A stretch of DNA of 36,252 nt, from positions 1 through 36,252 of the forward strand of contig JAJRXH010000754.1 of the NCBI GenBank assembly GCA_024276395.1. The letters run 5' to 3'. The DNA is from an archaeon. GTDB taxonomy: Archaea; Asgardarchaeota; Heimdallarchaeia; Hodarchaeales; S146-22. The notes beneath the pieces were generated by a model, which worked only from the letters and a program-made list of their open reading frames with translations, was not told where the DNA came from and ran no database searches. This document shows, in pieces, positions 17,459 to 26,400 of this stretch (positions are counted from its first letter, which is position 1; the number at the start of each line of letters is the position of its first letter). Made by a program: the position numbers and the translations under genes.

Positions 17459-19900
17459 ATGGCAAAGTTTAAGGTAGAAGAAGCCGTTGAAATGATGAAA
17501 AAACTCGATTACGTACGTAATCTTGGTATCATCGCACATATTGACCATGGCAAGTCTACACTCTCTGATTCACTCCTTGCCAGCAGTGGTCTACTTTCTG
17601 AAGACATTGCCGGAATGGCACGTGCCACCGATACTCGTGAAGACGAGCAAGAACGTGGTATCACCATCAAGACTACTGGTATTAGCCTTGTCCACGAATA
17701 TGAAGGGAATACTTACATCATCAACTTGCAAGATACCCCAGGACACGTTGACTTCTCTGGCGAGGTAACATCTGCCCTAAGAGTTGTTGATGGTGCCCTC
17801 GTGGTGGTAGATGCTGTCGAAGGTGTTATGGTACAAACTGAAACAGTAACAAGACAGGCACTAATGGAATACGTTCGACCAGTTCTGATGATTAACAAGG
17901 TCGATCGCCTCATCACGGAAATGAAACTCCCCCCAGAAGAAGCCTATGAACGTTTCAAGCAAATCATCCGAGATTTTAACATTCTCATTGATACTTATGC
18001 TCCTCCAGAATTCAAGCAAAAATGGCGTGTTGATCCCCGAGAAGGTACCGTGGCATTTGGATCTGCCTTCCACCGATTCGGTGTAACTGTTCCTATGCTC
18101 GCACGAGTATGGGCAGAAAAAACTGGCAAGAACCCACAAACACTCGTCAAAGGGCTTTGGCAAAAGAAAAACTTCGTCCAAGGAGTACTGAATCCCCTCT
18201 ATCAGATTTATGAAGCGGCTTTCAACAAGGACATCGAATTCCTCAAGAAAGTGACCAAGCAACTCGGAATCCGTCTCACGGAAGATGATTACCGTCTTAA
18301 CGAAAAAGAACTTGCCAAGAAAGTTCTCTCTCAATGGATGCCCGTCGAGGTGGCAGTTCTCGACATGGTTTGTAAGCACTTACCCTCACCGAAAGAAGCA
18401 CAAAAATACCGCATTCCAGCCATTTGGGAAGGAGACATTGAAAGCGATGTTGGTAAATCAATGATTAATGCCGACAAGGATGGCCCTCTCATGATTGTTA
18501 TCTCCAAGATGATTCCCATGAGGGCCAAACAAATCGTTGCCATGGGACGCATTTTCTCAGGAACGGTGAGATCTGGTCACAAGGTAAACGTCCTCATGCC
18601 TGGATATGTTCCAGGTACTGGTGACAAAGACCGAAGATTCGGCGCAAACATTCAGATGGCCGCCATATTGATGGGAAAAGATACCGAACGCGTTGAAGAA
18701 CTGATTGCGGGAAACATCGTGGCCCTCTACGGCCTCCGAGGAGCCGTGGCCTCAGCCACCATCACCGATCTCGATGACGTGATGCCCTTCAAGGCACTGA
18801 CTTTTGCCGTTGAACCAGTGGTTCGTGTTGCTCTTGAACCTGAAAAGCCCTCTGACCTACCCAAGCTGGCTGATGGTCTTCGGTTAATGCAACTCATCGA
18901 TCCATCACTTCATGCTGAAATTAATGAAGAAACTGGTGAATACATTCTTGCTGGCACTGGAGAATTGCACATCGAAATCGCTGTCAAGGACTTGCAAGAT
19001 CTCCAACGCATCAAAGTCCGACAATCGCAACCCATTGTCGTCTTTCGAGAATCTGTTGAAGGTACCTCTGAATTCCCCGCCCTTGCCAAGAGTCCTAACA
19101 AGCACAATCGTATCTGGATGATTGCTGAACCACTTGACGAAGAGTCCATCCAGCTTATTGAAAGGGGTGAAGTCAGTCAATACATGGATCGCAAGCAGCT
19201 AGCACGTGTCCTCAGGGAAAAAGCCAACTGGAATACTGATGAAGGACGCAATGTTTGGGCCTTTGGACCCACTGATAACGAGCCCAATGTCCTCATTGAC
19301 GCTACCAAGGGTGTACAATACCTCCGTGAAGTAAAAGATTACATTAATCAAGGATTCCGATGGGCTGCCAAGGAAGGACCCCTATCTGGAGAACCATTCT
19401 ATGGCATCAAATTCAAGATAACAGATGTGCAATTGCATGAAGATCCAGTTCACCGTGGCGCGGGCCAGATTATGCCGACTGCCAGACGAGCGTGCTTTGG
19501 ATCAATGCTTCTTGCCAAACCGATCCTCTTGGAACCCATTTATCGAGTGGAAGTCCAAGTTCCCGAAACGTATCTTGGTGGTGTTTACAAGGTCATTACC
19601 AAGCGTCGCGGTAATATCATAGATACCAAGCGTCGCGAGGGCACACCCATCCAAATTGTCATTGGTGAAGTTCCTGTTGCCGAATCATTTGGTATTGTAG
19701 CTGAATTGCGTTCCGAGACCAGTGGATCGGCATTCACTCAGATGATTTTCAGTCATTGGGCAAAAGTTCCTGGAGATCCAATGAAACCAGCATCTGAAGG
19801 CGGTGGTCTTGCTCGAGAGTACGTTGAACAAGTCCGTAAGCGAAAGGGCTATCCTAGCATGACCCCGCCCAAACCAGAGGATTATTATGACAAACTTTAG
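17459..19900 (+). CDS. fusA: Translation elongation factor 2 (eukaryote-like, 813 aa)
   Basis: G1 [9 protein letters not shown], G3 DTPGH, G4 NKVD and diphthamide loop [14 protein letters not shown]. Long blocks match eEF2 as I recall it: [17 protein letters not shown] and the C-terminal EDYYDKL. Confidence 0.95.
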   Translation: [813 protein letters not shown]

Positions 19901-19935
19901 ATCCTCTAAATAACCAAAATCATTGAATAAAAGCA

Positions 19936-19958
19936 TTTTTTTCACCTTTTTCCCTTTT
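19936..19958 (+). terminator. T-rich tract after the EF-2 stop
   Basis: tttttttcacctttttccctttt begins about 35 nt after the TAG. Confidence 0.4.
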
Positions 19959-20528
19959 AAATTAGCTCTTTCCATCATCCAGTTTTTCCTATTTTCCCTT
20001 TCTTTACAAGAAATTCTCTCATAACCTAGAGATATCGTGTTCCTGTGTCCTCAGCAACGATAAACTGAATGGAGTCATCATTGCCCTATTGAAACTCATC
20101 AAAATTCACGTAATACCTCGTAAATATTTCACTCCACCATCACGACAATGTAGATGAAAATACCGAATATTCCACTGCAGAAACATTGTTAACCAATCCT
20201 GCAAGGAATAAATTACAAAAAAATTAGCCATCAACCAAAATGAAATGAATAAAAGCATCATAAATTGTCCAAAAATCACTAAAAAGTAATTTCGGGATGG
20301 AGGTAACTCACTCCTCTTCATAAAGCACTAATGTTCAAATTTCATCTCAAATTAGACGATTTTTAATGAAATAAGCAATGATGGAGAAAAATGGACAAAT
20401 CACAAAATAAACGTTTTATTATCCAGTTTATCATTATTTACAATTAATATCTTCATTTCGGGTAATATTTCTAGATCCCTTAAAAAAATAACCAACACCA
20501 TTATTTATTCATAGAGAGGTTTCATCTG

Positions 20529-20969
20529 ATGCCAGACTATCAAGGAATGTTCATCGTGATTTTTGCAGACTTTGGTCCCAAGGTAATTTTCAATTCGTCA
20601 ATTCTACCAGGTGATCTAGCACTTAACTTCGGAGTGCAGGGTCTCACGGCGCTTCAGCGCGGAGAAAATGAAACCTTGTATGGCCCACTCCCAGTTCCAC
20701 AACCGGGAATACTTGGATTGGTTCTAACGATGCGAATATTAGTGAAAAAGTCAATGGACAAGCGCTTTGTCAAATCAGGTCGTCCCGTGAACGTGTGGAT
20801 TCTCATAACAAAGACAATGCTTCATCGCGTGTTCGCACGATGGAATACCGTGGAAAGTGGACTCCGACGAATCATTCATCAATTATCATTGAAAAGCGAT
20901 GATGATCTCGTTGCCATCAAGCTTACTGAATTCGAGCGTAGAACCAGATCATTGCTTGAAAATATTTAG
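20529..20969 (+). CDS. Hypothetical small alpha/beta protein, possibly a longin/roadblock-like regulatory fold
   Basis: The secondary-structure-like pattern (MFIVIFADFGPKVIFNS ... LGLVLTMRILVKKSMDKRF...VNVWILITK ... long C-terminal helix) recalls longin-type domains. There is no diagnostic motif. Confidence 0.3.
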   Translation: MPDYQGMFIVIFADFGPKVIFNSSILPGDLALNFGVQGLTALQRGENETLYGPLPVPQPGILGLVLTMRILVKKSMDKRFVKSGRPVNVWILITKTMLHRVFARWNTVESGLRRIIHQLSLKSDDDLVAIKLTEFERRTRSLLENI

Positions 20970-21126
20970 ATTCACTCTTCTTTTAGAAAACAGTCATCGA
21001 TACATCACGTTCTCATGACAAGCTAGTAAAATATCAGGATCTATCATAAATATAAGTTCATATAATCAATTCTATTAATGCTTAAATAGAAATTGGTCAG
21101 AGTTTACTGAATTCTTCCTCAACAAA

Positions 21127-21218
21127 GAGAGTTATTCAGTTCTCCCCGTCATTTAAAAGATGTTTTTATAAACCTATTCTTCCTTTAAATGCTCCAAGGA
21201 CAAGTGAATGACTTTCTC
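21127..21218 (+). repeat. MITE-like ~90-bp element, copy 2
   Basis: gagagttattcagttctccccgtcatttaaaagatgtttttataaac...gctccaaggacaagtgaatgactttctc. Confidence 0.7.
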
Positions 21219-21548
21219 CAACAAATGGGGAAATCTTTTTCAGTTCTTCTTTAGTGAATTCTTACTAAAAGAAGTTCTCTTTTAATTAAACCTTTTGGGT
21301 TAGATTTTTAAAAAACAAGTGTTGAGGCGTCTTGAAAGAGAATGCAAAACCTTCCAACCAGATGTGGAGTCGAATCAAAGATAAATTAAATTTCATTTGC
21401 ATCTTGATCAGTGATTTCAATGTTAATTCATCATCACAAGTCACTCTCTCCCCGAATCTTTAACCTCATGAACAATTCACAATGGCACTCTTTCTTTCCT
21501 CCGTAAAAGGATAAAGATGGAATTGGAGGGGCTGCATGAATTAACATT

Positions 21549-22631
21549 ATGGAAATTTCTTACTTCATTAGAGGAGCGACCATCGTTGGTCTAGGGTTTG
21601 GGTTCTGGTATCTTTCCGCATTAGCACTATGGGATCACTTCACCCGACTAAGGTCCGTGAATTATATTGGTCTGGGATTTTTCTTCATAGGTCTTGGGAC
21701 CCTTAGTTATATAATGCGTCTCACCACATCAATCCCTGACATCACCATAGTAGGGCTGTCATCCCTGTTAAACAGCATCGGATTTTTCTTTGTCTGGATT
21801 CATTTCCAGTTCATTTCCAAGAAAATGTTTTCCATCCCAGTTTTTTCGATATTACTCATAATGTTGGCTGTCACGTCAGCATTCACAGTATTTCACGTGT
21901 TGTTTCTCCACCAGCAAATCTTCATCGACCTCTCCATCGCCAGCCTTGTCATCCTCAGCTCAATTAGTCTCTGTTTCCCGATAAAAACGGGAATTTCTGA
22001 ATATTGCCGCCGTCGTGATTGGTTATCATTGATCGAAGGGAAAAGTTTCTTGTTTCTCCTTACTGCCGTCATTGGATATTCTACATCTCATTTCACAAAA
22101 ATGACACCATTATTGTGGCTCTCTCACTTGCTATTAGTTATCAGTGCTGGCTGTCTTATCGGACTTTACACGTGGCATCCACGATTGATGCATCGCATCC
22201 CCTTCAAGGTAGGATATTTATTAGGACTCCATGACAGTGGACTTTTTTTCTTCAAGAAGGAGGTACAAACAACTTTCTTGAAACATGATGAACGAACGAG
22301 AAAAAAAATGCAGTATCTATCCAGCATCTTTTCAGCCATTGATACCCTGTTCAAACACATTCTCATGCAGGATATCGTGTATACGGCTCAAAGAAGCCTA
22401 TTCGTTGAAGTATTGTTCATTCGTGACCCAAAAAAACAGCTAGGCTATATCCTCATTGCTGAAAAGCATTCTTATTACTTGAAACAAGCCCTCAAGATAC
22501 TTCTAAAAATGACACCTAGAAGCTTGCTACTAACAGATATCAATGACACTGACTCCGTGCTGATAGATCAACAGCGAATTAATGAAAAACTCATGCCATT
22601 GGTTGAAAACATTTTTCCAGGTTTAAGCTGA
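21549..22631 (+). CDS. Polytopic membrane protein (about 6-7 TM) with ~130-aa cytoplasmic alpha/beta C-terminal domain; 3' end altered by a 79-bp duplication
   Basis: The first ~210 aa contain successive hydrophobic helices. The C-terminal GYLLGLHDSGLFFFKKE...LSSIFSAIDTLFKHIL...LGYILIAEKHSYYLKQALKILL has a roadblock-like pattern. The TGA stop is created at the duplication junction. Confidence 0.6.
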   Translation: MEISYFIRGATIVGLGFGFWYLSALALWDHFTRLRSVNYIGLGFFFIGLGTLSYIMRLTTSIPDITIVGLSSLLNSIGFFFVWIHFQFISKKMFSIPVFSILLIMLAVTSAFTVFHVLFLHQQIFIDLSIASLVILSSISLCFPIKTGISEYCRRRDWLSLIEGKSFLFLLTAVIGYSTSHFTKMTPLLWLSHLLLVISAGCLIGLYTWHPRLMHRIPFKVGYLLGLHDSGLFFFKKEVQTTFLKHDERTRKKMQYLSSIFSAIDTLFKHILMQDIVYTAQRSLFVEVLFIRDPKKQLGYILIAEKHSYYLKQALKILLKMTPRSLLLTDINDTDSVLIDQQRINEKLMPLVENIFPGLS

Positions 22632-22706
22632 CTCCGTGCTGATAGATCAACAGCGAATTAATGAAAAACTCATGCCATTGGTTGAAAACATTTTTCCAGG
22701 TTTAAG
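22549..22706. repeat. Perfect 79-bp tandem duplication (2 copies)
   Basis: ctgactccgtgctgatagatcaacagcgaattaatgaaaaactcatgccattggttgaaaacatttttccaggtttaag occurs at 22549-22627 and again, identical, at 22628-22706. Confidence 0.95.
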
Positions 22707-22728
22707 AGATCACAGAAAAAAAGAATCA

Positions 22729-22819
22729 GAGAGTTATTCAGTTATTCCTTTCTTTTAAAAAGTGTTTTTAAAAGAAGCCATGCTCCATTAAATACATCAA
22801 GGACAAGTGAATAACTCTC
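22729..22819 (+). repeat. MITE-like ~90-bp element, copy 3 (best-preserved terminal inverted repeats)
   Basis: It starts with gagagttattca and ends with tgaataactctc, an exact 12-bp inverted repeat. The interior has ttttaaaaagtgtttttaaaag and caaggacaagtgaat, shared with the other copies. Confidence 0.75.
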
Positions 22820-23060
22820 GATCAATTTTCAGAAGATTGCTCGATCAAGAACTTAAGTGCGGATTTTTCAAGGGAAAAAGTTATTCGATGTATTCATGTA
22901 GAAATCCAAATAACAGACCAGCTGTTGTTTTTTTGGCCGATGAAATACCTATTTATCTACAAATGGCTGCCCAAAAATTCTTGGAAAACTTACCAGAGAC
23001 CGTGAAACAACTGGAAGATGAAGGGAATTATCGAACGACAAAAGATACATCATTTGATTC

Positions 23061-23108
23061 TTCTTGTCTTTCAAAGAATGTTCCTTCCTGTCTTTCAAAG
23101 AATGTTCC
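23061..23108. repeat. 24-bp tandem duplication (1 mismatch)
   Basis: ttcttgtctttcaaagaatgttcc followed by ttcctgtctttcaaagaatgttcc. This produces SCLSKNVPSCLSKNVP in the doubtful ORF 22807-23166. Confidence 0.9.
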
Positions 23109-23421
23109 CATATTTAGATGCATCCATCTCATCTTATCATTAAACTCCATCCAAGTAACTAATTAGTAACATTCTTCTCCATAGGGCATTCAACTAAAAT
23201 TATCGAACCATTGAAGTTCAAAAAACAAGTTCACATTGTTTTCCGAGTGATGAGACGATTATCAAAACTATCTACCTTGCTAACAGATCAACGTGAACCA
23301 AAATAGAGATAATAAAAAAAGAAAAAATGTGGAAATCACGACCACAAGGCAACCAACACTGATTTAACTAATCTCATCGATTTCTGATTGATAATTTTGT
23401 TCTAACTAAGATATATTAACT

Positions 23422-26400
23422 TCAAATACCTTTTCTCATAGCAACGGCCGTGACAGCACCACCTGCAATCAAAAGAATCAAGCCAACACCCATACCTGCA
23501 GTAAAGGAAATGGATTGCAAGTTCCTTGCGCCATACACGGTATCTCGAAAATCATTGGCAAGATCCTCTGGAATTTCACCACCTTCTTCGACCCAAAGAA
23601 TGGGCATTATGGTCTTCGTGATGTTAGGATAAAATACATCCGTTGCATCAGTAAGAATGTTGATTTGAAGTCTTTTAGCGGCATGCATCACGACACCGGT
23701 TGTCGGTTCAACATCTAGGAAGGTATCATGCCTTTGCTCATCTGGAACAAGTCCTGAAACCTTCGTTAGCCATGACTGATCTGCGTCCAAGAAGTGAGGC
23801 TTGCTCAAGAACAAAGGTATTCCTACGGAAGAAGTCATATTGGCAAAGCCACGGATACTTTGATAATAATCGGGATTGATGGCCAGCACATCATCTGCAA
23901 GCACGAATCGATACAGCGTGATGTCATGAAGGGAAACCTCTTCCTTGAAGACAATCTTGACTGCTCTGAGCAAGTCACCGACCCAGGTAATCAAGGTTTC
24001 TTCTTTCTTGATTTCTGGATGGAATTGGGTGCCATCTGTACCCTGAACTTTCTCTGGTTTTTTCCATACGGTAATGGTATCGTTGTCGTGCCACTTGATG
24101 TAAGTATTTACGAGTGATATGTTTCCCTTGCCAGTATAGAAAGTACTAGTAGGTTCATCAAGTGCATCAGCAACCGAGGTCTGGTTGGTGAAGAAGTGAT
24201 TTTCTGCTTGAGCAAGATCATCTTGGAAAATAAGGGCTAATAATGGATCTGTATATGACCAAAGCCATTGATTCACTGTCCTAGTGCTGATGAGTCCTCC
24301 TCCAACTTCAAATACAGACTTGAGCACGTCAGTAACGAATGTAGCTATGAGATAATTAAGATAAGCACCAACAAGCGCTGCGTTAGATTGATCAAGGCCC
24401 CACAATGACTGAATGATGGAGAAGTTACCATTAGCAAGCAAAGTAAGAAATATACCAACTTCCGTGCTATTAGTGAAGCCATGAGAACCTTCCAAGAGAG
24501 TTTTGATGAAAGTCACGTTCTCAAAAGTAGCTGTGGTCCCTTGCACGTGATTTATCCACGCCCAGTACTCTGGATAGCCTGACAAGGTCGGATCAAAGTC
24601 TTTCACGCTCAATCCAGAGGTAACATTAGGCGATCCCCAATGCAAATAGGCGAGATCTACAAGTTCCGTTACACCAGCAGATGCAAACAACGCTAACATT
24701 CCGGGAATCACGAAAGTTTGATTAAAGTAAGCCAAGTATTCAGCCATCAATGAAGATTCCGTTTGACTGAGTCCCCACAATGACTGAATGGTAGAGAAAT
24801 TGCCGTTAGCAAGTAAGGTGAGGAACACGCCCACCTCCGTGCCATTAAAGAATCCGTGCGTTCCATTGAGTAATTCCTTGATGAAAGTCACGTTCTCAAA
24901 GGCAGCCGTGGTCCCTTGCACGCGTCTTGCCCATGCCCAGTACTCTGGATAGCCTGACAAGGTCGGATCAAGATCTTTCACGCTCAATCCAGAGGTAACA
25001 TTTGGTGCTCCCCATTGCAAGTAAGCAAGATCTGACAATTCTGTCACACCAAAAGAGGCAAATTGTTGAATGAGCAACGGAGGAACAACGTGATCCTTGA
25101 TGTTAGGAGTACCTGCGAAAAGCCAATTGAGAATTAAACTCAGCTGGAAATCTGTCAGATTGAAGGTTGTTCTCAGGAGATTCCGTGCGTTTGAATCACC
25201 CAATGATGCATTGATCCATATAAAGATGCCAGTATCATTTACGAAAGAACTCGCATTGGTAGGATCAAACAAAGCAATCGCTTCCGCAAGCGTGATGTTT
25301 GTCGAATCTGGAGTAGAAGCCAATGAAAGATCATCAATTCCATCTCCGGTGAGATCCACTCCACCTTCGATTCCCGTGCCATTAGTCCATTGAATGAGGA
25401 AGAAATACTCTGCTAGCCCAGCCGTCGTGAGATGAAGATTCTGAAAGAGGCTTGGGATTAACGGCTTTGAAACTTGTGCAAACACGTGAGCAGTGAGATA
25501 ATCGGCCAAAACACCAAGTTGCGTGTTATTCAATCCATAGACTGCTCCAGCTGTTGATAGATCTTGTTGGATCAAGGTAAGGAAACTAATGATACCGCTT
25601 CCGCTCTTTAAATCAGTAAGCCAGCCAGGAACTCCAAAAAGATCATTTCCGTACAGAACCTTTTCAATGGAAGAATTCGTAAAACTATAGGATGTTCCAG
25701 TATAATTGGCCACTCCTTTTAGTACAATGGGGCCAGCAATGGACTGTTGAAAGGCGGTACTATTGAAAAATAAGTTCCGAGCCATTGTGGTACCGTACAC
25801 CTGAGTAAGACCCTCAATGACCTTGTTAATCATTTGTGCTGCGACGGTTGCATTGATCACGATTGGCAACATTGCTGGGACCACTTCATTAAAGAGATGA
25901 CCAACGATGTAGTTGGCAAGGACGTCTAGCTGAGTTACATTAATCAAGTAACCAGCTGCGAGCTGTGTTTTGTCAATAGATTCATTCTGATAGGCTAACA
26001 AGAATCCCAAAAGTCCCGTGCCATTATCGGGATTATTCAACCATCCGGGTAACCCCAGGGTAGCATTTCCGTTGAGGATGCGATTGATGGCTTGAGCACT
26101 AAAGTTATAATCTGCTCCGGTAAAATTAGCCACGCTCTTGAATGGTAGTGATTGATAAGTGACATTATTGAACAAAGTAGCGTTGTCTGTCACGAATTTT
26201 ACGTTACTAAGAAGTATGGAGACAGCTATGGAAGCATTCACGATGGCTTGAACCTGAGAAATCACTTCAGTCTTGATTCCTGTCAGCACTTTAGGAATGG
26301 CTTGAAGAACTACTCCTGGTACGAATTCTGATTTCAAGTTGTCGATGCTCTGTTGAAGTGCTGTTCCCATGGCAGTGATAATGACTTTTTTCAAGAAATC

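Noticed and set aside
17523-19978. Many 60-170-aa ORFs on both strands inside the EF-2 gene (for example 17861-18379 minus)
   Set aside because: They lie entirely within a strongly supported conserved CDS and have no motifs. They are typical shadow ORFs.
20106-20321. 71-aa hydrophobic ORF (minus strand) downstream of EF-2
   Set aside because: It could be a small membrane protein, but the only evidence is hydrophobicity in AT-rich DNA.
22807-23166. 119-aa ORF starting with GTG inside MITE-like copy 3
   Set aside because: Its start lies inside a repeat element and it contains a 24-bp tandem duplication. There is only a vague Walker-B-like stretch (AVVFLADEIPIY). It may be a remnant of another ATPase gene, but that is not supportable as a CDS.
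23450-25393. Plus-strand ORFs antisense to the CD36-like gene (23450-23632, 23515-23718, 23794-24117, 25097-25393)
   Set aside because: These are shadow ORFs opposite a long CDS that is supported by extensive family similarity.
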